Positions 1-10,906 of a DNA stretch of 32,000 bases are shown piece by piece (within the stretch, counting starts at the first letter, position 1; every line of letters starts with the position of its first letter). The stretch lies in the sequence record JAHBMJ010000146.1. The stretch is one strand, 5' to 3'. Both the position numbers and the translations under genes were made by a program. A model generated the notes under the pieces. It was not told where the DNA came from. It did no database searches and saw only the letters and a program-made list of their open reading frames with translations.

Positions 1-41
1 CCGATAGCCTTTTTCGGCATGGCGAACAGAAGGGGTGGGCC

Positions 42-926
42 ATGCGCGACAGGGCGGCGGCCGACATCGGCGGCACGGAACGGCCGGCCCTCGGGGTCGG
101 GCTCATGGTGGCCGCCATGCTCGCCATTCCGGTTGTCGATGCCACCGCGAAACATCTGGCCGCGGACTATTCGCCGCTCTTCATAAGCTGGGCCCGTTAC
201 GCAGTCGCCAGTGTGCTGATCGTTCCGCTGGGCCTTGCCCGTTTCGGCCTGGCCATTTTCCCGCGCCACGACCTTGGCGCGCACACGCTGAGGACCCTGT
301 TCCTGGTCGGCGCGATGACGCTCTATTTCGTCGCGATCGCCACCGTACCGCTGGCGACGGCGATCAGCGCGTTCTTCGTGGGTCCGATCGTCGCGAGCGC
401 GCTTGCCGTGTTCCTGCTCGGCGAGCGGTTCTCGCCGCGCAAGGCGGTCAGCGTCGTGCTCGGCTTCGCCGGCGCCCTGGTGATCGTCGATCCCACCGGC
501 GGCGGTATCGAGCCGGGCCTGTTGCTGGCGGTTGCGAGCGGGGTGTTGTTCGGTCTCTATCTTCTGGCCACACGTCAGGCCGCGCGCCGCAGCGATCCGG
601 TGAAGACGCTCATATTCCAGTGTGCTGTCGGCGCGCTCATCCTGACGCCGCAGGCGATCCATGCATGGGAATGGGTGGATGTGGCAGACCTTGGCTTTTT
701 CGCGCTGCTTGGCGGCCTTTCGGTGGTCAGTCACATGCTGTCGATCAACGCCTTCCGCTTTGCCGAAGCCTCGACCCTGTCGCCGATCGTCTATGTCGAA
801 CTGATCGGCGCGGTGATCATCGGCTATCTGGTCTTCGGAGATCTGCCCGGGCTCAATGTGTGGCTGGGCGCCGCTGCGATCGTTGCGGCGGGTCTGCTTC
901 TGCTGCGGGCAGGCGAGCGCCGCTGA
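42..926 (+). CDS. DMT (EamA-type) family membrane transporter
   Basis: 294-aa ORF that is hydrophobic throughout, with about 10 predicted TM segments in two similar halves typical of EamA/RhaT-type DMT permeases. A GAAGGGG Shine-Dalgarno-like motif lies just upstream of the ATG at 42. The stop codon is TGA at 924-926. Confidence 0.8.
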   Translation: MRDRAAADIGGTERPALGVGLMVAAMLAIPVVDATAKHLAADYSPLFISWARYAVASVLIVPLGLARFGLAIFPRHDLGAHTLRTLFLVGAMTLYFVAIATVPLATAISAFFVGPIVASALAVFLLGERFSPRKAVSVVLGFAGALVIVDPTGGGIEPGLLLAVASGVLFGLYLLATRQAARRSDPVKTLIFQCAVGALILTPQAIHAWEWVDVADLGFFALLGGLSVVSHMLSINAFRFAEASTLSPIVYVELIGAVIIGYLVFGDLPGLNVWLGAAAIVAAGLLLLRAGERR

Positions 927-958
927 TCCCGGTGTGCATACATTCCCCGATACCGCGC

Positions 959-987
959 CTTGCAGGCAAAAACGGCCCTCCTTATAT
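959..987 (+). promoter_or_regulatory. Candidate RpoH (sigma-32)-type heat-shock promoter for dnaK
   Basis: CTTG (959-962), an 18-nt spacer, then CTTATAT (981-987), about 125 nt upstream of the dnaK ATG. This resembles the alphaproteobacterial heat-shock promoter consensus CTTG-N17/18-CYTATNT as I remember it. It is a sequence match only. Confidence 0.4.
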
Positions 988-1112
988 ACCCGCCAGCGCG
1001 GACGGCGCGGCAAGGCGCCTCCGGAAATGAACCAATTCTGCCAATGAAAAGGGGCCGCGCTCACGAACGCCATAACGGGTCCGCGCGGTCTGCTGCACAA
1101 AAGAGGTAAGAC

Positions 1113-3044
<1,932 letters not shown>

Positions 3045-3055
3045 GGCTTGAATTG

Positions 3056-3098
3056 GTGACCCGGCAACGATACAGAAAATGTATCGTTGCCCCGTCAC
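3056..3098 (+). terminator. Stem-loop immediately after dnaK (possible terminator or boundary element)
   Basis: Perfect 11-bp stem GGCAACGATAC (3063-3073) / GTATCGTTGCC (3081-3091) with the 7-nt loop AGAAAAT. An outer GTGAC/GTCAC pairing (3056-3060 / 3094-3098) extends it across a CC/CC internal mismatch. No U-tract follows, so intrinsic termination is uncertain. Confidence 0.4.
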
Positions 3099-3110
3099 TT
3101 AAGAAGCCGC

Positions 3111-3731
3111 ATGGTTGATGATCTTCGAGAGTATTACGACGCACTCAGTTCGGTTTACAAGCTTCCGTACGTACTGGGCGAGGTCGCTATTGGCCTGATT
3201 GTCGTCTCGGTGACACTTTTTGTTCTGGTCGAAAATACATCGCGCGGGGAGACGATCATCCAGGTTTCCTGGATTGGGTGGATCGCCGCGCTCGTGGTGT
3301 TTTGGTTTTTCGGCTTGGTGATCAACTCGTTCTCGTCAAGCGTGGTCTTTCGGCTGACGGACAGGAAAATCGATCAACGCATTCTTTATGTGATCGAGGA
3401 AGGGCAGAAGGCGATCATTTCCTTCGGCGTTCTGCTTGCCTTGATCTATGCGATCCTTCTCATCGTGATCTCGATCATCCTGCAGTACACGATCAACGCG
3501 AGTCTGAACTTCCTATCGGAGAAGATCATATTCGTGATCGCTGCCATGGCATTCTGCGGCGTATGCTTCGTTATCTTTCGCACCAGCGCCGAAAAGATGC
3601 AGGACGTCAACCGGATCGACGACGACGACAGGCGTGCCGCCCTTCTAAAGGGCATCAACTTTGATGACTTGAACGATGTCATCTTCGCGTTCAAGAAGTC
3701 GAAGATCGACGGAGAGAAAGGACCTGCCTGA
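3111..3731 (+). CDS. Hypothetical four-TM membrane protein (low-GC orphan)
   Basis: 206 aa from the ATG at 3111. The ORF is open from a TTG at 3087, but that codon lies inside the hairpin. There are four clear hydrophobic helices (VAIGLIVVSVTLFVLV, WIGWIAALVVFWFFGLVI, AIISFGVLLALIYAILLIVISIIL, IIFVIAAMAFCGVCFVIF) and a charged C-terminal tail. I recognise no family motif. The A/T-rich third codon positions contrast with every neighbouring gene. Confidence 0.55.
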   Translation: MVDDLREYYDALSSVYKLPYVLGEVAIGLIVVSVTLFVLVENTSRGETIIQVSWIGWIAALVVFWFFGLVINSFSSSVVFRLTDRKIDQRILYVIEEGQKAIISFGVLLALIYAILLIVISIILQYTINASLNFLSEKIIFVIAAMAFCGVCFVIFRTSAEKMQDVNRIDDDDRRAALLKGINFDDLNDVIFAFKKSKIDGEKGPA

Positions 3732-3767
3732 CCGGCGGGCCTACGCAGGCGGTACGCAGTAAGTGCG

Positions 3768-4286
3768 TCAGCCGTAAACCGGCTCGGCGCCGTCGGCGGG
3801 GACGAACTTCAGCGCGACGCCATTGATGCAATGGCGCTTGCCGGTCGGTGCGGGCCCGTCGTCGAACACATGGCCCAGATGGCCGCCGCAGCGCGAGCAA
3901 TGTTCCTCGGTGCGCGGAACGAACAGCTTGTAGTCGGTCTTGTAGCCGACCTTGCCCTCGATCTCCTGCCAGAAGCTCGGCCAACCGGTTCCGCTGTCGT
4001 ACTTGGTCTCCGACAGGAACAGCTCCTGCTCGCAGCCGGCGCAATGATAGACGCCGGCGCGCTTTTCGTCGTTGAGCGGGCTCGTGAACGGACGTTCGGT
4101 GGCTTCCTCGCGCAGGACGGCGAATTGCCGCGGCGTCAGTTGCGCGCGCCATTCCTCCTCGGTCTTGACGATCTCGAAGGCGCCATCGGACGAGGCCGTT
4201 GCCGGGGCGGTGCCCCACCATTTGGCCACGGTCACGGCGGCGGCGCCGCCGATGCCGAGGCCCAGAACCGTGCGTTTGGTCAGCAT
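3768..4286 (-). CDS. msrB: Peptide-methionine (R)-S-oxide reductase MsrB with an N-terminal export signal
   Basis: 172 aa from the ATG at 4286, with AGGAGA 6 nt upstream. The longer ORF reaching 4343 has no ribosome-binding site. SelR/MsrB motifs are present: two CxxC zinc pairs (HCAGCEQ, HCSRCGG), GWPSF, and the catalytic RHCINGVAL. The N-terminus MLTKRTVLGLGIGGAAAVTVAKWWG...ATASS looks like a signal peptide. Confidence 0.92.
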   Translation of the reverse strand: MLTKRTVLGLGIGGAAAVTVAKWWGTAPATASSDGAFEIVKTEEEWRAQLTPRQFAVLREEATERPFTSPLNDEKRAGVYHCAGCEQELFLSETKYDSGTGWPSFWQEIEGKVGYKTDYKLFVPRTEEHCSRCGGHLGHVFDDGPAPTGKRHCINGVALKFVPADGAEPVYG

Positions 4287-4544
4287 GGACGTTCTCCTGT
4301 TCGACAATGAAGATAACGGTCCGACCGGCGGTTTGCATCTCACCGTCGTCCACGATTTCGTGAACGCATGATGACTGTTTCCCGGTGTGGCAATTTGCGC
4401 ATTCGGAGAATGTGGCCCCGAGGTAGGAATCCTTCCTCATCGAGACATGGCTGTCACACTGGAGTTCCAAGCAGGGATCGGTGCCGCGGCTGCGCCCAGG
4501 GCTGGACGCGCACGCAAGTCAGGAAGCACACCCGGAGAACTCCC

Positions 4545-6566
4545 ATGGACCGCAAGCAGATCATCAACGACCCCGCGCACGGCAACCGTGCCGAGGCGTT
4601 CGAGGCATTCGACGACATCCCGACCAACCCCAATCTCGGCAACACGATCGGCGATGTCATCAATCGCCGCTACGGCCGACGGGACGTCTTGCGCGGCGTG
4701 CTCGGGGTTACGGCCACCACGGCGCTCTTCGGCACATCTGCCCTGATCGCGCCCGGCCACGCCCGCGCCATGGTCGAAGGCGACCGCTTCAACTTCACCG
4801 AACTGCGCTGGGGCAACGACCAGACCCACCATGTCGCCGACGGTTTCGATGCGGACGTGCTGATCCGCTGGGGCGATCCGATCACGGCGGACGCGCCGGA
4901 CTTCGATGTCATGAACCAGTCGGCCGAAGCCCAGGCAAAACAGTTCGGCTACAACAACGACTATGTCGGCTTCGCCGAAATCGAGCCCGGCCGGGGCATG
5001 CTCTGCGTCAACCACGAATACACCAATGAAGAGGTCATGTTCCCCGGGATCGGCCGCCAGGACCGGTCCGGCTTCGAACAGATGACCAGGGAACTGGTCG
5101 ACATCGAAATGGCCGCCCATGGCGGCTCGGTCTTCGAGATCGTGCGCGGCGAGGACGGCAAATGGTCGGTGAACCGCGCCAACCCGAACAACCGCCGCAT
5201 CACCGCCGAAACGCCGATCACCTTCTCCGGTCCGGCCGCCGGCCATGACCGCCTGAAGACCAGCGCCGATCCCACCGGCATGAACGTGCTCGGCACGATC
5301 AACAACTGCGCCGGCGGCATGACGCCCTGGGGCACCTATCTGATGGCCGAGGAGAACTTTCACGGCTATTTCTGGACCGACACGCTCGACGCCGAGGGCG
5401 ATCCCGACCTGTCGGCCCAGCCCGAGGCCGCCTCGATGGAACGCTATGGCGTGCCGGGCCGCTGGTATGCATGGGGCAAGTTCCATGACCGGTTCAACAT
5501 CGACAAGGAGCCCAACGAAGCCAACCGTTTCGGCTACATCGTCGAGGTCGATCCGATGAACCCCGACGCAACGCCGATCAAGCACACCGCGCTTGGCCGG
5601 TTTCGCCACGAAGGCGCCGAAACGACGGTGGCCTCCGATGGCCGGCTGGTGATCTATTCGGGCGACGACAACCGCTTCGACTATCAGTACAAGTGGGTGT
5701 CGGCCGAGGCCGTGACCGACGAAAACTCGGTGTTCGGCTCCTCGCTCCTGTCCGAAGGCACGCTCTATGTGGCGCGTTTCAACGATGACGGCACGCTCGA
5801 CTGGCTGCCGCTGGTCCATGGCGAAGGCCCGCTGACCGCCGAGAACGGTTTCAACAGCCAGGCCGACATCGCCATCGATACGCGTATGGCAGCCGACCTT
5901 CTTGGCGCGACGCCGATGGATCGCCCGGAAGACGCCCAGCCGCGCGGCGACGGCACCGCCTACATCATGCTGACCAACAACAGCCGCCGCACGCCCGAGC
6001 AGGTCGACGCCGCCAACCCGCGTCCTGAATCCAACTTCGGTCACATCATCGAGATCAAGGAAGCCGATGGCAACCATTCGGCGACCACCGGCACATGGTC
6101 GATCCTGGTCAAGTGCGGCGATCCCTCGATCGCCGAAGTGGGCGCCCAGTGGAACCCCGAAACCTCCGAGCACGGTTGGTTCGGCTCGCCCGACAATTGC
6201 GCCATCGACGCCGACGGGCGTCTGTGGATTTCCACCGACCAGGGCTCGAACTGGGGCCTGACGGGCAAGTCGGACGGGCTCTACAGCCTCGAGACCGAGG
6301 GCGAACTGCGCGGCCACTCCAAGCTGTTCTTCCGCTGCCCGGTCGGCGGCGAACTGTGCGGACCTTACTTCACCGACGATGCCGAGACGCTCTTCCTGGC
6401 GGTCCAGCACCCGGGCACCGACGGCACCAAGGATCTGGTCGGCTTTGCCAAGGATTCGACCTTCGAGGATCCGGCGACGCGCTGGCCCGACTTCGATCGG
6501 AACATGCCGCCGCGTCCGTCGGTCGTCGTGGTGACCAGGGAAGGCGGCGGCAAGATCGCCGTCTGA
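4545..6566 (+). CDS. phoX: PhoX-family (DUF839) alkaline phosphatase, Tat-exported
   Basis: 673 aa from the ATG at 4545, with GGAGA 7 nt upstream. A twin-arginine signal is present (RRDVLRGVLGVTATTALFGTSALIAPGHARA). The PhoX-type core motif NNCAGGMTPWGTYLMAEEN and beta-propeller-like repeats are recognisable. Confidence 0.88.
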   Translation: MDRKQIINDPAHGNRAEAFEAFDDIPTNPNLGNTIGDVINRRYGRRDVLRGVLGVTATTALFGTSALIAPGHARAMVEGDRFNFTELRWGNDQTHHVADGFDADVLIRWGDPITADAPDFDVMNQSAEAQAKQFGYNNDYVGFAEIEPGRGMLCVNHEYTNEEVMFPGIGRQDRSGFEQMTRELVDIEMAAHGGSVFEIVRGEDGKWSVNRANPNNRRITAETPITFSGPAAGHDRLKTSADPTGMNVLGTINNCAGGMTPWGTYLMAEENFHGYFWTDTLDAEGDPDLSAQPEAASMERYGVPGRWYAWGKFHDRFNIDKEPNEANRFGYIVEVDPMNPDATPIKHTALGRFRHEGAETTVASDGRLVIYSGDDNRFDYQYKWVSAEAVTDENSVFGSSLLSEGTLYVARFNDDGTLDWLPLVHGEGPLTAENGFNSQADIAIDTRMAADLLGATPMDRPEDAQPRGDGTAYIMLTNNSRRTPEQVDAANPRPESNFGHIIEIKEADGNHSATTGTWSILVKCGDPSIAEVGAQWNPETSEHGWFGSPDNCAIDADGRLWISTDQGSNWGLTGKSDGLYSLETEGELRGHSKLFFRCPVGGELCGPYFTDDAETLFLAVQHPGTDGTKDLVGFAKDSTFEDPATRWPDFDRNMPPRPSVVVVTREGGGKIAV

Positions 6567-6589
6567 CGCCAACCACCGACAGGCAATGG

Positions 6590-6619
6590 GGCGCGGGTCG
6601 TCAGCCCGCGCCTTTTCTT
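6590..6619 (+). terminator. Rho-independent terminator after phoX
   Basis: Stem GGCGCGGG (6590-6597) / CCCGCGCC (6605-6612) with a 7-nt loop, followed by TTTTCTT. Confidence 0.7.
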
Positions 6620-6670
6620 ATGCGGACGAGGGGTTTATGAGGGCTCCGACCAGATTCAAGGGCGTCCGCC

Positions 6671-7576
6671 ATGGCCTCCGAAAACCTATCGAACCCCGCC
6701 ACAGAGGCGGCGATCCTCGCCGCCGCGCTGCCCTACATGCAGCGCTATGCGGGCAAGACCGTCGTCGTCAAATATGGCGGCCACGCCATGGGCGATACCG
6801 AGCTCGGCACCGCCTTCGCCCAGGACATCGCCCTTCTGAAGCAGTCCGGCGTCAACCCGGTCGTGGTTCACGGCGGCGGCCCGCAGATCGGCGCCATGCT
6901 CGACCGCATGGGCATCGAGAGCACCTTCGAGGGCGGCCTGCGCGTCACCGACGAGAAGACCGTCGAGATCGTCGAGATGGTGCTTGCCGGCTCGATCAAC
7001 AAGCAGATCGTCGCGCTGATCAACGGGCAGGGCGCCTGGGCGATCGGCCTGTGCGGCAAGGACGGCAATCTCGTCTTTGCCGAAAAGGCCCGCCGCACGG
7101 TCCGCGACGAGGACAGCAACATCGAGCGCATCATCGATCTCGGTTTCGTCGGCGAGCCGGCGCGGGTCGACCGGACGCTGCTCGACCGACTCGCCACCTC
7201 CGAGATGATCCCGGTGATCGCGCCCGTTGCGCCCGGCCGCGACGGCCACACCTACAACATCAATGCGGACACGTTCGCCGGCGCGATCGCCGGTGCGGTC
7301 TCCGCCCAGCGGCTCCTGTTCCTCACCGACGTGCCCGGCGTGCTCGACGCGAACGGCGAACTGATCAAGCAACTCACCGTGTCGGAAGCGCGCGGGCTTA
7401 TCGCCGACGGCACGATTTCGGGCGGCATGATCCCCAAGGTCGAGACCTGCATCGCCGCGCTGACGCGCGGCGTCAAAGGCGTCGTCATCCTCAATGGCAA
7501 GGTGCCGCACGCGGTCCTGCTGGAGATCTTCACCGAGCATGGCGCCGGCACGCTGATCGTCCACGATCCGGTCTGA
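6671..7576 (+). CDS. argB: Acetylglutamate kinase
   Basis: 301 aa carrying amino-acid-kinase family motifs ([43 protein letters not shown]) and of typical ArgB length. Confidence 0.96.
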   Translation: MASENLSNPATEAAILAAALPYMQRYAGKTVVVKYGGHAMGDTELGTAFAQDIALLKQSGVNPVVVHGGGPQIGAMLDRMGIESTFEGGLRVTDEKTVEIVEMVLAGSINKQIVALINGQGAWAIGLCGKDGNLVFAEKARRTVRDEDSNIERIIDLGFVGEPARVDRTLLDRLATSEMIPVIAPVAPGRDGHTYNINADTFAGAIAGAVSAQRLLFLTDVPGVLDANGELIKQLTVSEARGLIADGTISGGMIPKVETCIAALTRGVKGVVILNGKVPHAVLLEIFTEHGAGTLIVHDPV

Positions 7577-7657
7577 GCTCGCGCCTGCGCCGCCGCCCCG
7601 GCCGGCGCATGGAACGGACGCGCCGTTCAGGCGTTGTCGGGGGTGCTTGCGAAACGG

Positions 7658-9316
7658 ATGCATCATGCGGCGCGACCGCTTTGCGCCGCGTTTCTGATCC
7701 TGATCCTGGCGGCCGCCGCGGCCGCGCAGGACGGTTCGCAGCGCTTCTTCCAAACCGATGCATTGAACGACGGACTTGGCCCGGTACCGGTGGGGATTGA
7801 TCGCGAGACGCCGCAGGCGACCGTCGAGTCCTTTCTGGACCGCGCCGCCGACGGTGACTGGCAGGGCGCAGCCCACCTGCTCGACCTCAGTGGCTATCCC
7901 GTCGCCGAACAGCCGAGCGCCGGCCCCGAACTCGCCCGGCAACTGGCGGTCATCATCGAACGCAAGGTCGTCATCGACTGGACCGATCTGCCCGACCGGC
8001 CAGACGGCCTGAACGCCCGGGCTCCCTCGGAGGCGGCGATGGCGGGCGAGCCGAGGCGGTCGATCCTTCTTTGGATGGTCGAACTGGACGACCGTCCCGT
8101 GTCGATCCGTCTCAACCGCGTCCGCCCTGCCGGCGGCGATCCGGTCTGGCTGTTCGCGGAAGCCTCGGTCGAGAACCTTCCCGCGCTCGCCGCCCGCTAC
8201 GGCCGTTCGCAGTTCGAGGCGATGCTGCCCGAGCCGCTGCACCGGGAGGTCGTGTTCGACCTGCGCCTGTGGGAGCTGTTCGCCCTGCCGCTGGCGGTGC
8301 TGCTGGCGCTCGGGCTCGGCTTCGGCACCTATGCGCTGATGTCCAGGGGCCTGTTCCGCAAGCGCCGCGACGAGGGCGGCGAATCCTTCATGCTCGCCGT
8401 GCGCGGCCCGCTCATCCTTCTGGTGATGACGGCGACGGTGAACCTGTTCACGCACGGCCTGTTCGTCTTTTCGGGCCGCATCGACGCGCTGGTCTCGCCG
8501 CTGATCGCGGTGGGCTATTTCATCGTGGCGATCTGGCTCGTCATCAACGTCGCCGACACGATCCTCAACCGGCTGATCGATTTCGACCAGGGCCAGCTCA
8601 GCCCGGTCGGCGAGGGGCAGGAGCGAAAACGCGGGCTTGCCACGAAGATCGCCGCCGCGCGGCGCCTGCTGATCGTCATCCTGGTCGTGGCGGGTGGAGG
8701 TCTTCTGCTGCGCGAGGCGAACCTTGCGCACAATCTCGGCATCTCGCTGCTCGCCTCGGCGGGCGTGCTCACGCTGATCCTTGCCTTTGCCGCGCGCAGC
8801 ATTCTCGCCAACATCCTGTCGTCGATGCAGATCGCGCTGAACCAGTCGGCCAAGATCGGCGACAAGCTGCTGTGGGGCGACTACATCTGCACCGTCGAAC
8901 GCATCCATTTCACCTTCGTCCAGCTTCGCGACTGGAGCGGCCGGCGCATCGTCGTGCCCGTCTCGGACTTCGTCGAGGAAAGCTTCGAGAACTGGACGAT
9001 GGTGGATTCCGAGATCATCCGGCGTGTCGATCTGCGTCTTGCGCACGATGCGCCGATCGACCCGTTGCGGAGAGCCTATGACGAAATTCTCGACGCGATG
9101 TCGGACCGGCTGGGTGATCTGGGCAATCGCGGGGTCTACGTGACCGGCCACGACGTGTTCGGCCAGTCGGTGATGTTTCTTGTGCCCTGCGACGATCCGA
9201 ACGCGGCGTGGCTTCTGGAATGCGAGGTCCGCGAGAAGCTGCTGGCGGCGGCCGCCGAGATCGAGGCGCGCGGCGAGGAAGTGTTCCCCGAGGCCAAGCC
9301 GGCCGAAGCGGCCTGA
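7658..9316 (+). CDS. Mechanosensitive ion channel (MscS) family protein with an N-terminal periplasmic domain
   Basis: 552 aa from the ATG at 7658 (ORF open from a TTG at 7634). It has a signal-like N-terminus (LCAAFLILILAAAAAAQ) and several TM helices. An MscS-type beta-domain is recognisable (IGDKLLWGDYICTVERIHFTFVQLRDWSGRRIVVPVSDFVEESFENWT). Confidence 0.85.
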   Translation: MHHAARPLCAAFLILILAAAAAAQDGSQRFFQTDALNDGLGPVPVGIDRETPQATVESFLDRAADGDWQGAAHLLDLSGYPVAEQPSAGPELARQLAVIIERKVVIDWTDLPDRPDGLNARAPSEAAMAGEPRRSILLWMVELDDRPVSIRLNRVRPAGGDPVWLFAEASVENLPALAARYGRSQFEAMLPEPLHREVVFDLRLWELFALPLAVLLALGLGFGTYALMSRGLFRKRRDEGGESFMLAVRGPLILLVMTATVNLFTHGLFVFSGRIDALVSPLIAVGYFIVAIWLVINVADTILNRLIDFDQGQLSPVGEGQERKRGLATKIAAARRLLIVILVVAGGGLLLREANLAHNLGISLLASAGVLTLILAFAARSILANILSSMQIALNQSAKIGDKLLWGDYICTVERIHFTFVQLRDWSGRRIVVPVSDFVEESFENWTMVDSEIIRRVDLRLAHDAPIDPLRRAYDEILDAMSDRLGDLGNRGVYVTGHDVFGQSVMFLVPCDDPNAAWLLECEVREKLLAAAAEIEARGEEVFPEAKPAEAA

Positions 9317-9361
9317 CGTGCACGGTTTGCGGGCCCGTCCGGCCCATTGTAGGGTTTTGCC

Positions 9362-10780
9362 ATGAATGCACCGTTCAAGTCCGACGAAGACCGCATGAAG
9401 GCGCTGTTCGGGATGCAGCGCGAGGCGTTCTCGTTCGACAGCGCGCCGGGCGTGAGCGCCCGACGGATGAAACTGCGCGATCTGGTGCGCGCGATCCGCT
9501 CGCGCCGGGGCGAGATCGTCAAGGCGGTCAGCGCAGATTTCGGCAACCGCTCGGCCGACGAGACGCTGCAGGCCGAGGTCGCCGTCGCAATCCGCAGCAT
9601 CGAGCACACCTGCCGGCATCTCGATCGCTGGGCGTCGCCGACGCGCATCTTCAATCCCGGCCTCCCGGTTCCGGGCCGGACCTATATCCGTCACGAGCCC
9701 AAGGGCGTCGTCGGCGTCGTCGCGCCCTGGAACTATCCGTTCCACCTCGCCGTGCTTCCGGCCGCCCAGGCGCTGGCCGCCGGCAACCGCGTGATGATCA
9801 AGCCGTCCGAACTGAGCCCGCACACCTCGGCGTCGCTGAGCAAGCTGTTCGCCGACGTCTATGGCGAAGACGAGGTCGCGGTGGTCACAGGCGATGCGGA
9901 AATCGGCAAGGCGTTCTCGCAACTGCCGTTCGATCATCTGTTCTTCACCGGCTCGACCCGGGTCGGCCGGCTCGTGGCGATCGAGGCGGCGAAGAACCTG
10001 ACGCCGGTGACGCTGGAGCTGGGCGGCAAGAGCCCGTGCGTGATGATGCCGGACGCCGATCCGGCCGCGCATGCCCCGCTCGTCGCGTTCGGCAAGTTCT
10101 ACAGCGCCGGACAGACCTGCATCGCGCCCGACTATCTGCTCGTGCCGAAGGGCCGGGCGCGTGAATTCGCTGATGCGATCCTTGCCGAGGCGCGCCGGTC
10201 CTATCCGAGCCACGCGGCCAATCCGGCCTATACGTCGATCGCCTCGGACGGCCATTTCGAGCGGCTGACGGCATTGGTGGAGGAGGCGCGCGACGCCGGC
10301 GCCACGGTGCTGACGACCGAATGGCCCGCCGAGGACAGCCGCAAGATGCCGCCGACCATCGTGCTCGATCCGCCCCTCGACGGAGCGTTGATGCGCGAGG
10401 AGATCTTCGGGCCCGTCCTGCCCGTGATCGAATATGACGGTGTCGACGAGGCGGTGTCCTTCATCACGGCGCGCGATCATCCGCTGGCGCTCTACGCATT
10501 AGGGCGCGATGCCGGCGCCGCCGAGCGCATGGTCGCGCGCACGACATCCGGTGGCGCGATGGTCAACGGCACGATCGTTCACCTCGCGATCGACGACCTT
10601 CCGTTCGGCGGCGTCGGCCCTTCGGGCCACGGCGCTTACCATGGCAGGCGGGGCTTCGAGGAGTTCTCCCACCAGCGCTCGGTGCTGGTGCTGCCGCAAT
10701 GGCCGATGCTGCGCAAGGTGCTCACGCCGCCCTATGGCCGGCGAATGCGCTGGCTCACCGACTGGATGATCGGCCGATAG
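9362..10780 (+). CDS. NAD(P)-dependent aldehyde dehydrogenase (coniferyl-aldehyde-DH-like, ALDH3-type)
   Basis: 472 aa with the ALDH motifs PWNYPF, the catalytic-Glu motif ELGGKSP, the catalytic-Cys motif GQTCIAPDY, and EEIFGPVLPV. Confidence 0.9.
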   Translation: MNAPFKSDEDRMKALFGMQREAFSFDSAPGVSARRMKLRDLVRAIRSRRGEIVKAVSADFGNRSADETLQAEVAVAIRSIEHTCRHLDRWASPTRIFNPGLPVPGRTYIRHEPKGVVGVVAPWNYPFHLAVLPAAQALAAGNRVMIKPSELSPHTSASLSKLFADVYGEDEVAVVTGDAEIGKAFSQLPFDHLFFTGSTRVGRLVAIEAAKNLTPVTLELGGKSPCVMMPDADPAAHAPLVAFGKFYSAGQTCIAPDYLLVPKGRAREFADAILAEARRSYPSHAANPAYTSIASDGHFERLTALVEEARDAGATVLTTEWPAEDSRKMPPTIVLDPPLDGALMREEIFGPVLPVIEYDGVDEAVSFITARDHPLALYALGRDAGAAERMVARTTSGGAMVNGTIVHLAIDDLPFGGVGPSGHGAYHGRRGFEEFSHQRSVLVLPQWPMLRKVLTPPYGRRMRWLTDWMIGR

Positions 10781-10906
10781 AACCGGTCCGCGCGGACGTC
10801 GCGCCTGCGTCGGTGGACACAGCCATCCAAACGTCACATAAGGCAGGCATGTACCGGCCAGCGCCGTGCCGCTGATTCCTCATTCCCGTTTCCGAGAGCG
10901 CCACCG

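Noticed and set aside
3087-3110. TTG start at 3087 for the orphan membrane ORF (the 214-aa version)
   Set aside because: The TTG lies inside the 3' arm of the perfect 11-bp hairpin after dnaK and has no ribosome-binding site. The first ATG at 3111 was preferred, although the true start remains uncertain.
4375-4468. Possible Pho box upstream of phoX (CTGTCAC at 4451-4457; CTGTTTC-N4-TGTGGCA at 4375-4392)
   Set aside because: Only single half-site-like matches are present. No second CTGTCAT-like repeat lies at the expected 11-bp spacing, so a PhoB site cannot be supported from sequence alone, even though PhoX genes are usually Pho-regulated.
4437-6572. 711-aa minus-strand ORF opposite phoX
   Set aside because: It is an in-register antisense shadow of the PhoX gene. 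Its composition is biased towards Arg/Gly/Ala/Val, it has no recognisable domain, and the sense strand has strong family motifs and a Tat signal.
6686-10480. Very long (1264-aa) minus-strand ORF spanning argB, the MscS-family gene and the aldehyde dehydrogenase
   Set aside because: It is antisense to three well-supported genes whose starts (6671, 7658, 9362) all fall in the same phase modulo 3. The antisense frame is in exact codon register with them. It can therefore stop only where the sense genes use TTA, CTA or TCA codons, which are rare at about 65% GC. The translation is Arg/Asp/Gly/His-rich low-information sequence with no motifs. This is a classic high-GC shadow ORF.
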